The translations under genes and the position numbers were made by a program. From Chlamydiales bacterium (GTDB lineage: Bacteria; Chlamydiota; Chlamydiia; Chlamydiales; JBDQID01): a DNA stretch of 64,000 bases. Position 1 is the stretch's first letter. The number at the start of each line of letters is the position of its first letter. Where the stretch lies: positions 12,408 through 76,407 of the forward strand of contig JBLFWS010000001.1 of the NCBI GenBank assembly GCA_047611865.1, read 5' to 3'. The notes beneath the pieces are model-generated. The model was not told where the DNA came from. It was given only the letters and a program-made list of their open reading frames with translations, and ran no database searches. This document shows positions 26,903-34,990 of this stretch, one piece after another.

Positions 26903-27557
26903 AAGCTAAAACCATTATGTAATGACACATTGGGTGAAAACCCGTGTGAACAACTTCATCATTCATTCCGAAGACAAATGCATTTTTAAAGTATTTCAAC
27001 AACAAGCTTTGCAACCGTTCTGCATCATATAGATTAATATGACCTCTTTTGCTCATTTCTGACGCATATTCCTGAGCTGTAATATTAGGCGTCCCTATCA
27101 GACAAAAACCGTCATCGTCGAGGTGGTCAACCATTGTTTGAACGAACATATCTTCTTCTTCTCTAGGAACATGTTCAATTACATCAAGGTTCACTACAGC
27201 GTCGAATTTTCCTAAATTCATATCAAAAATATCACCATGGTGAAAGTTTAGATCGTATTTAGTTTTATTCTCGAGGTGCTCCTTCGCATAAGCAATTTGC
27301 TTCTCATCAAAATCAACACCTACAATTGAGTGTCCTTCTTCGGCTAGAATCAGAGCTCCTATTCCTTCTCCACATCCCATCTCCAATACTCTCGCCTTTT
27401 TTTTCGACTGAAGCATTTTAGATACAAATTTATAACGAGAAAAAACAAAGACCAAATGCCGAGGAGTTTCTAAAGCTTGATAGGCAAAACATGGTCCCAG
27501 CTCTAATTTTGGATCTCCAATATAGTCCACAACACTATCCCAATGCTTGTCACTCAT
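26889..27557 (-). CDS. Class I SAM-dependent methyltransferase
   Basis: VLEMGCGEGIGALILA (motif I), VGVDFD, FDAVVNLDVIEHV. Confidence 0.8.
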   Translation of the reverse strand: MSDKHWDSVVDYIGDPKLELGPCFAYQALETPRHLVFVFSRYKFVSKMLQSKKKARVLEMGCGEGIGALILAEEGHSIVGVDFDEKQIAYAKEHLENKTKYDLNFHHGDIFDMNLGKFDAVVNLDVIEHVPREEEDMFVQTMVDHLDDDGFCLIGTPNITAQEYASEMSKRGHINLYDAERLQSLLLKYFKNAFVFGMNDEVVHTGFHPMCHYIMVLACGKR

Positions 27558-27569
27558 AATTTGTCTCCT

Positions 27570-28568
27570 CTAAGGCTTATGAATATATTCTAAGGGCTGC
27601 CTTTGAATTGATTTCCAATTTTTTTCAACCCAGCCAACCATCTCACCAACACCTTCCTCAATTCCAATCTTGGGCTTCCATCCAAGCTCCTGCCGAGCTT
27701 TAGAAGAATCAATCACATAAGCAGCATCTTGCCCTAGTCTTTCTTTTACAATACGCGTAGACGAGTTGAAATCATATCTCATTGCGGAACAAATGTGTTT
27801 AACAAGCTCATTCACTTTAATTCCTTGATCGGGAGATAAGTGGTAGATTTCTCCTACTCTTCCATTCTCCATTATGGCTAATTCTCCAATAGAAACATCA
27901 CGAATATGAATATAAGACTTTATAGCCTCTCCTCCTCCATGCAGCTCTATTTTCCGATCCGATTTCAAATATATCGCTGATCGTGGAATAATCTTAAATA
28001 GTTGTTGACGAACACCATAAACATTCGTAGCTCTCACAAAAGTCACAGGGAAATCAAAGTTTTTATAGTATGTTAAAAGAGAAAGGTCACCTCCAGCCTT
28101 TGATGCTGCATAGGGAGTACTAGGATTTAATGGTGCCTCTTCCTTAACGTTACCTGAGCAAGCCCCGTAGACTTCTGGTGAAGATATATGTACATACTTC
28201 TTTAAGTAGCTTTTACCTTTAAGCATATGAGTAAGCTTCGTTACAGCTACAACATTTGTTTGATACCAATGCTCTGGGTGCTCCCAACTTGGGGCAACCT
28301 CACTCTGCGCTGCAAAATTTACTATATATTCAGGTTCAAACTCATCCAAAAGACTAGATAATTTATCTATCTCATGATTTAAATCTATCTGATGATACCG
28401 AAAGTCTTCGGAAGAACTAAGGCTTTCTGCCAGAAAAAGCTTATTTTTCATTGCAGATCGACTAACACCCAATACATTAAATCTTTCTTCCTTCAACAAA
28501 AGGTCTATAAAATCGATAGCAGAAAAACTATTACTTCCAATTACACAAACTCTATTTTTCCCTGTCAT
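27570..28568 (-). CDS. NDP-sugar 4,6-dehydratase-like extended SDR (RmlB/GMD-like)
   Basis: SSPEVYG...PSTPYAASKAGGDLSLLTY...RATNVYG pattern of 4,6-dehydratases. Confidence 0.7.
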   Translation of the reverse strand: MTGKNRVCVIGSNSFSAIDFIDLLLKEERFNVLGVSRSAMKNKLFLAESLSSSEDFRYHQIDLNHEIDKLSSLLDEFEPEYIVNFAAQSEVAPSWEHPEHWYQTNVVAVTKLTHMLKGKSYLKKYVHISSPEVYGACSGNVKEEAPLNPSTPYAASKAGGDLSLLTYYKNFDFPVTFVRATNVYGVRQQLFKIIPRSAIYLKSDRKIELHGGGEAIKSYIHIRDVSIGELAIMENGRVGEIYHLSPDQGIKVNELVKHICSAMRYDFNSSTRIVKERLGQDAAYVIDSSKARQELGWKPKIGIEEGVGEMVGWVEKNWKSIQRQPLEYIHKP

Positions 28569-28604
28569 ATCACGACCTTAATAATTTCAAAGTTACAAAA
28601 ACCT

Positions 28605-29600
28605 TTAAAGATTTAATTCCTGCATTGTTTTTATATTATAGTATTTTTTGTCCTCAAAAGCCTTCGGAACCCTTCCTTGATTGAATGCCTTAAGGAGTGA
28701 TTCTATAGCATCACCGATACTGTATCTTGGACAAAACCCCAATTCTTCTTTAATTTTTGCGGATGAAATATGATAAGAACGCAAATCGTCAGTAGGGGTC
28801 GTCTCCGTAAGCACATCATCACCTACACGACTTTGAACCATTTCTGCAATTTCTTTTATCGAATGGTTTTCATACCCCGCATTATAAACCTTGCCGTCAA
28901 TCAAACTTGAAGGAAGCTCAAGAGTCCTAACATAGAGGTCCGACATATCTTCAACATGAATGTTAGGACGAAGTTGCTCGCCACCAAAAACCTTAATTTT
29001 CCGCTTATTTACAGCATGATTTGTCAAAATATTCACTGTAAGATCCAGCCTCAACCTCGGAGCATACCCACACACTGTTGCTGGCCTAATGATTAGTGTC
29101 GAGAACCCCGTTGTCTTTTTCTCCAATAAGACATCTTCACACATAGCCTTATACTTCGAATAATCCGTCAAAGGTTGCAAAGAGAGTTCTTCGGTAACAT
29201 TGAGTTCTGATTTGATGCCATACACACTCGAAGAAGAAGCGTAAATAAAACGCGAGACACCGCTTTCTTTTGATATATCCACTAATGGACCAAAAGCGTC
29301 ATAATTGATAGCACGTCCCAATTCTGGATTCAATTCAAAGCTTGGGTCGTTGGAAATACAGGCTAGATGGATTACCGCCTCACAACCCGGAAGTATATTC
29401 TGAAGCAAACCTTGATCTCGAATATCCCCATTTATTAATTCAAGTCTTTCATGACCCTTTACCTGATCAAGGGCTTCCACTCCAAAGAAAAAGAGATCTA
29501 AAACTTTGACTCGATACCCTTTATCCAAAAGTTTCGGAATCAATGCAGAACCTACATATCCCGCACCTCCCGTAACCAAAACTGATTTAATTGTATCCAT
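28605..29600 (-). CDS. NAD-dependent NDP-sugar epimerase/dehydratase (extended SDR)
   Basis: VTGGAGYVGSALIPKLL Rossmann loop and the YSKYKAMCE catalytic YxxxK. Confidence 0.7.
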   Translation of the reverse strand: MDTIKSVLVTGGAGYVGSALIPKLLDKGYRVKVLDLFFFGVEALDQVKGHERLELINGDIRDQGLLQNILPGCEAVIHLACISNDPSFELNPELGRAINYDAFGPLVDISKESGVSRFIYASSSSVYGIKSELNVTEELSLQPLTDYSKYKAMCEDVLLEKKTTGFSTLIIRPATVCGYAPRLRLDLTVNILTNHAVNKRKIKVFGGEQLRPNIHVEDMSDLYVRTLELPSSLIDGKVYNAGYENHSIKEIAEMVQSRVGDDVLTETTPTDDLRSYHISSAKIKEELGFCPRYSIGDAIESLLKAFNQGRVPKAFEDKKYYNIKTMQELNL

Positions 29601-29629
29601 TTCACAGGCCCTTCAAGCTACGTTTACCT

Positions 29630-30226
29630 CTATTTCACGGCAAGACGATCTGTTAAATAATGACAAAAGACAGAATGCGACAATTCCACCATCCCATATG
29701 ATGAAGATGGCATATAGAAATTTAACTCGCCGATCTGACGGAGGACATTATCAGGAGAAAATCCTGAAAAAGTAATTACTTTCATTCCTTTCTCATTGGC
29801 CATCTCAACTGCTTTTATTATATTTTCAGACTGGCCCGAGCTACTAACCGCTATAAGTAAGTCCCCTTTTGTCCCATGAAGAGATATTTGCCAGGCAAAA
29901 GCCACATCATAGCCTTCATCATTCGTCAAGGCTGTTAAAAGGCTTTGCTCTGTGCAAACCATGGCTGGAATTTCATCACATTTACATAGATCATTACTCA
30001 CGTGAGCTACGAGAGCTGAGCTTCCCCCGTTCCCAACCAAAATAACCTTTTTTCCTTTAGATTTTACATGTCGTAACATTACGACCGCTCTATCACTTGC
30101 TTGGTCTATTGGAAGCTCAACATCCATATCATCAGTTGCAATGCATGATTCCAGAACATCTAACAAGTTCCTGCCATAGATCTTTACTTTTTTCTCTTTT
30201 TTCGTCGCCGCACTAACCATGTTCAC
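29630..30226 (-). CDS. gmhA: SIS-domain sedoheptulose-7-phosphate isomerase-like protein
   Basis: VGNGGSSALVAHVSNDL, TALTNDEGYD, AVSSSGQSENIIKA and GMKVITFSG match the GmhA block order. Confidence 0.7.
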   Translation of the reverse strand: MNMVSAATKKEKKVKIYGRNLLDVLESCIATDDMDVELPIDQASDRAVVMLRHVKSKGKKVILVGNGGSSALVAHVSNDLCKCDEIPAMVCTEQSLLTALTNDEGYDVAFAWQISLHGTKGDLLIAVSSSGQSENIIKAVEMANEKGMKVITFSGFSPDNVLRQIGELNFYMPSSSYGMVELSHSVFCHYLTDRLAVK

Positions 30227-30232
30227 CTACAA

Positions 30233-31789
30233 TTACTTTAGACAATGTTCAAGGGATCTCAGTAAAGCATCTCTATTAACTGAAGACTTATTTCCTACCG
30301 TTTGCACAGCTTGGAAACCCACAGCGTTTCCAATCAACCCCACAACTTGAAGGGGAATGTTTTGCTGCGAGCAAAGCGAGGCTACAGCCAATACGGAATC
30401 ACCCGCCCCTACTCTATCAACAGTTTTACCCATAAATGCAGGAACTTCAACAAAGCCTTCCTTCGGACCGTAGCAGATTACGCCCTCCACTCCTCTTGTC
30501 ACGATGATTTTAGATCCCCCTAGCTTTTCTGAGACTTCTCTAATAATATCTTTTAATGGCCGCCTCTTACTTCGGACATCGATGCGTATTTCATTTTCAG
30601 AAATACTCACGAAATCTGCTCGTGGATACTTGGAGATCGTATTAAATGCCTGATTCCCAGCATTAACCTGTGTATTTACCGCTAGGAACTTAGCTTTCTC
30701 AGCTAGAAGATTGACAGCTTCCGGACTCATCATCCCATGTCCATAGTCTGTTACAATAACAACATCGTAATCCGCAACTATCTCATCCAATTTGCTACAC
30801 AAGGCACTAGAATCATCCGGACTTCCCTCATCATTATCCATCATGTAAACTTCAAAAAGTTTTTGAAGAGGGTAGCTTTCTAAAAACCGTCGTTTTACAA
30901 TCGTTGTTTTACCTTTCGCCATTTTAAGAAAATGTGAAGTTACTTTTGGATCTAGTCTTTCACCGATAAAATCTTCATAGGACTTCTCTGATCCAAGGAA
31001 AGTCACGACATCTACATGTTGAGAAAAACCTGCAACGTGGTTTGCTACAGCAAGAACCCCTCCAATAAAAGTTTCTTTTCTTTCGTAGCAAGCTGCCAAA
31101 ATGGGATCTTTTCCAGGCTTGCCCATTGTTCGACAAAAGTGATAATCATCAATAATCGCATCACCAACCAAAAGAACTTTCAAGGATTTCAATTTCTCAA
31201 TATAATTTTCTATGCCTTGGTAAGTATAACTTTTCGCAAATTCTTTAATAAATGCACTCATTTCAGAAGAGAAAATTGGCAGGTATTTGTTGATCAAACT
31301 AGAAGAGGAAAAGGTAATTTCTTCGGTATAGAAAATTTCCCCACCAACAGATTCAACAGCCTCCTTCTCCAGAACAATTCCGCCTGTTTTATCTTGTGTA
31401 GCCTCTTTATAGTCCCTCCCCTTTGCATAAAAATCAGGCTGAAGCAACTTGATTGTTTCCACAGCATTTGGCCATTGATTAATAGAAACATAATCAACAA
31501 ATCCTAACGCTGCCATAGCTTCGGCACGAAGATTCTCTTCGAATGCTGGACGATTAGGCCCTTTATTGACGTAACAATCAGGAGTTAACGTAACAACAAG
31601 AATATCTCCTGGCTGTTTTGCTTTTTTTAGATGCCGGATATGCCCCACATGCAATAGGTCAAAAACACCATGACAAAGAACGATCTTTTTCCCCTCTTTT
31701 TTAAGGGAAAAAAGAATATCCTTCAGCTCAGTAAGCTGCTTTATACCCCCTGCCGAATCCATGCTTTCATTTGACACCAAATTATCCAT
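30233..31789 (-). CDS. Bifunctional nucleotidyltransferase / PfkB sugar kinase (HldE-like, reversed domain order)
   Basis: The N-terminus carries CHGVFDLLHVGHIRHL (HxGH cytidylyl/adenylyltransferase motif) and FSSSSLI. The C-terminus carries the PfkB kinase motifs VLLVGDAIIDDY and DRVGAGDS. Confidence 0.7.
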   Translation of the reverse strand: MDNLVSNESMDSAGGIKQLTELKDILFSLKKEGKKIVLCHGVFDLLHVGHIRHLKKAKQPGDILVVTLTPDCYVNKGPNRPAFEENLRAEAMAALGFVDYVSINQWPNAVETIKLLQPDFYAKGRDYKEATQDKTGGIVLEKEAVESVGGEIFYTEEITFSSSSLINKYLPIFSSEMSAFIKEFAKSYTYQGIENYIEKLKSLKVLLVGDAIIDDYHFCRTMGKPGKDPILAACYERKETFIGGVLAVANHVAGFSQHVDVVTFLGSEKSYEDFIGERLDPKVTSHFLKMAKGKTTIVKRRFLESYPLQKLFEVYMMDNDEGSPDDSSALCSKLDEIVADYDVVIVTDYGHGMMSPEAVNLLAEKAKFLAVNTQVNAGNQAFNTISKYPRADFVSISENEIRIDVRSKRRPLKDIIREVSEKLGGSKIIVTRGVEGVICYGPKEGFVEVPAFMGKTVDRVGAGDSVLAVASLCSQQNIPLQVVGLIGNAVGFQAVQTVGNKSSVNRDALLRSLEHCLK

Positions 31790-31927
31790 ACCTTAAATCC
31801 TTGAATTCTCTGGCGATGGGTATAAGATAGTTCTCTTCTTGATTATGAATAAACCATTTTTTAATAATAGTCCGCAAGTTTTATTCTCAAGTTTTCTTTA
31901 TTGTCCACCTTGCTAAGAGAATCATTT

Positions 31928-32923
31928 CTACTCAAGAAAAGCAAACCAATCTTTAGTCGCTGCAGATATTCCCTTTTCGTCCCAAACGGGAGCTGTTTTC
32001 CACTGCTCTATCCTTTCAAGCATTTCCTGTACTCCTATCTCAAAAGAAACTGAGGGATTCCAGGCTAATGTTTTTTGTATCTTTTTGATGTCCGCAAAAG
32101 TACTGTCAGGCTCCCCTGGGCGTTTAGGAATATGCACAACATCTCCCCCAAGAAGAGAAACAAGGTGGTTGATAGAATAAGTCCCTCCTGACCCTACATT
32201 TAAAGCTTCTCCAACGACATCAGATTCTGCTGCTCTAACAAAAGCCCTAACCACATCATCTACATAAGTAAAATCACGAGTTTGCTGACCGTCTCCAACA
32301 ACAGTTAGTGGTTTATTTGCGAGCTTCTGAGCAAGAAATACCCCAAAGACAGCCCCGTAGGTCCCCGAGGTCCTCGAACGTGGTCCGAAAACATTAAAAA
32401 GTCTCAGTGAAACAACTGGAAGTTTATATATCTTATGCCAATGAAAAGCATATTGCTCTCCTATATACTTAGTAAAAGCGTAAGGATACATAGGTTGAAT
32501 CGCGGCTGTTTCTGAAGTTGGAAAAGATTCAGGAATTCCGTAACAAGAAGAGGAAGCCGTATAAACAAATCGCTTTACCTTTGCTTGCCTGGAAGCCTCC
32601 AAAACCGCCACTGTACCATCAACATTTGCCTTATGATAATCTAAAGGCATCTGAATCGAAGGTACGATGTCCGCCAAGGCCGCTAAGTGAAAAACATAGT
32701 CTATACCAACGAAGTAATCTTTAATGCCCATTAAATCACTAACATCTACCTGATGAAACTGAAGGTTTTCTGATAACTGGGGAAGGTTTTCTCTCTTTCC
32801 TGTTGCAAGATTATCTAAAACAGTAACATTCGCTTCTTGTTTCAATAAACTTTCAACGAGATGACTCCCTATGAAACCCGCCCCACCAGTAACCAATACT
32901 CTCTTTCCACGCAAATCTTTCAT
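31928..32923 (-). CDS. NAD-dependent NDP-sugar epimerase/decarboxylase-like extended SDR
   Basis: VTGGAGFIGSHLVESLL and YAFTKYIGEQY (YxxxK). UXS/WbpP-like layout. First gene of the glycan locus. Confidence 0.75.
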   Translation of the reverse strand: MKDLRGKRVLVTGGAGFIGSHLVESLLKQEANVTVLDNLATGKRENLPQLSENLQFHQVDVSDLMGIKDYFVGIDYVFHLAALADIVPSIQMPLDYHKANVDGTVAVLEASRQAKVKRFVYTASSSCYGIPESFPTSETAAIQPMYPYAFTKYIGEQYAFHWHKIYKLPVVSLRLFNVFGPRSRTSGTYGAVFGVFLAQKLANKPLTVVGDGQQTRDFTYVDDVVRAFVRAAESDVVGEALNVGSGGTYSINHLVSLLGGDVVHIPKRPGEPDSTFADIKKIQKTLAWNPSVSFEIGVQEMLERIEQWKTAPVWDEKGISAATKDWFAFLE

Positions 32924-33226
32924 GTCATCATTCCAGTAAAAGCCAAAGGCTTAAATTAAACTTTTTTGTATATTCCGTACAGCTCCTTTCTTGCTTCAGT
33001 CCCCGAATTCTTAGTTTAATTAGCGAAATTTACGGATATTAACCCATTACAAACCTAGTACATAAACAACTAATAATTAATAGCTTTACTTCAAACAGGC
33101 ATTGTTTTATATATAGAATATTTACAACGTGCTATAGTCACTTCACTCCCGACTCCTATCACAATGCTGATAAGAAAAACTTAAAGTACTCATTACCAAT
33201 TAACTACTTAAAAAAAGTGTTTTTTT

Positions 33227-34981
33227 ATGGATAGAATCTTAGCAAAACGTTTCTGCTCTTTTACCTACCTAAATATCACCCAATTTCTAGGAGCCTTAAA
33301 CGATACCTTCTTCAAATTTTTGATCGCTTTCTTTTTGATAAATCTCCAAGGGTCTGAGTACAGCGCCACGATTATGTCTTATACCGGCGCAGCAATCGTT
33401 CTCCCCTTCCTAATTTTCTCTGCTACAGCCGGAAAACTTGCTGATTGCTTCAGCAAAAGAAACATCATCGTTTACAGCAAAATTATGGAAGTTATTGTCA
33501 TGTCTCTAGGGACTCTTTCTTTTGCTATCAAGTCACCAGTAGGATGCTACACAACACTTTTCCTCATGGGACTTCAAAGCACGATTTTCAGCCCCTCTAA
33601 ATATGGAATTGTCCCAGAACTTGTAAGCTCCGACAGAATTACCAAAGCCAATGGGATACTTACAGCCTTTTCTATTGTCGCTGTTATTTCTGGTGGTTTT
33701 CTTGCCTCTGCTATTACAGACCTATCTGGAAAACACTTTGTCCTTTCATCATGTCTCTGTACAAGCTTTGCAGTAATCGGCCTCCTCTCTAGCCTCTATA
33801 TCGAAGCAACTCCTGCTGCCGGAGAAAGGAAAAAAGCCACTCCATTTTTTATCTACGAAATCTACCAAACTTTTGTAATTGCCAGACAACAAAACCGCCT
33901 CTTCGTTGCGCTTCTTGGATGTTCCTTTTTTCTATTTGTCGGAGCTTTCATACAAATGAATATCATCACCTTTGGTATTGAATCTCTTGGTCTTAGCGAA
34001 GTGCAAGGCGGCTACCTCTTCTTACTCACAGCATTAGGAATAGGTACTGGCTCCATCCTTGCGGGAAAGCTTTCTGGAACTCATGTTGAACTAGGACTCG
34101 TCCCTATCGGGGGGCTTGGTATCGCTATCACCTTTTTGCTACTTCACAGCTACAGTGATAACTTAAACGCCGTTATTCCTTTACTCATATTACTAGGTTT
34201 ATTTGGTGGAATCTTCGAAGTCCCACTCGAATCCTATATACAAGCAGCAAGCCCAGAAAAATACCGGGGACAGATGATTGCTGCTGCAAACTCCCTTGGT
34301 TTCCTATGTGTCTTTGGTGCCTCTGGATTTATTTACGCAAACACGAATATTCTTGGGCTACAGGCCAGCCAAGCCTTCGCCTTTATGGGAATCATTACAC
34401 TCGTTTGCTCATTCGCCTTTATGATAGCTACCCTAGATTATTTTGTACGTTTCCTCGCCTTTGCTGTTACACGCCTTTGCTTTCGGGTAACGATATCCAA
34501 TGAAGATGAATCTACCGATAACTCTCCCTCTATTATCCTCTGCAACCGCCCGTCTTCATGGATAGACACCCTTCTATTGACAGCTATACAAAAACCTCCC
34601 CTCAGGTTTCTAATTGAAAGCTCTAATTATGACAAAAAGGCTCTTACTTTTTTATGCCGCATTATGCGAATCATTCTTATTCCCGCCACACACTCTCCTG
34701 AGCAAAAGCAGCGCATTTATACAGAAGCCACTACATCTCTTAGCGAGGGATACACCGTATGCCTGTTTACTAAGTCCAAGGACCTCCCCGCAGAAGAAAA
34801 TAACCGATTTGTTGAAGAAATTCAGAATACCTTTACTAAAGCTGGACACACAATTATTCCTGTAAGAATCAATGAAAAGCCCGCTCAACCTCCAGCCGGA
34901 AAGATGACAAGTCTTTTAAAAGAATTCCCCTGGCACGTCACAATTGGTATTGGATCTGACGAAGAACCTAAGGAAAGTTAA
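33227..34981 (+). CDS. MFS transporter (LplT-like) fused to an acyltransferase-like C-terminal domain
   Basis: About 12 predicted TM helices over ~410 aa. A ~170-aa PlsC-fold-like tail follows, with degenerate motifs (CNRPSSWID in place of NHxxxxD; LFTKSKD in place of FPEGTR; IIPVRI retained). Confidence 0.6.
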   Translation: MDRILAKRFCSFTYLNITQFLGALNDTFFKFLIAFFLINLQGSEYSATIMSYTGAAIVLPFLIFSATAGKLADCFSKRNIIVYSKIMEVIVMSLGTLSFAIKSPVGCYTTLFLMGLQSTIFSPSKYGIVPELVSSDRITKANGILTAFSIVAVISGGFLASAITDLSGKHFVLSSCLCTSFAVIGLLSSLYIEATPAAGERKKATPFFIYEIYQTFVIARQQNRLFVALLGCSFFLFVGAFIQMNIITFGIESLGLSEVQGGYLFLLTALGIGTGSILAGKLSGTHVELGLVPIGGLGIAITFLLLHSYSDNLNAVIPLLILLGLFGGIFEVPLESYIQAASPEKYRGQMIAAANSLGFLCVFGASGFIYANTNILGLQASQAFAFMGIITLVCSFAFMIATLDYFVRFLAFAVTRLCFRVTISNEDESTDNSPSIILCNRPSSWIDTLLLTAIQKPPLRFLIESSNYDKKALTFLCRIMRIILIPATHSPEQKQRIYTEATTSLSEGYTVCLFTKSKDLPAEENNRFVEEIQNTFTKAGHTIIPVRINEKPAQPPAGKMTSLLKEFPWHVTIGIGSDEEPKES

Positions 34982-34990
34982 AAACTTTCA

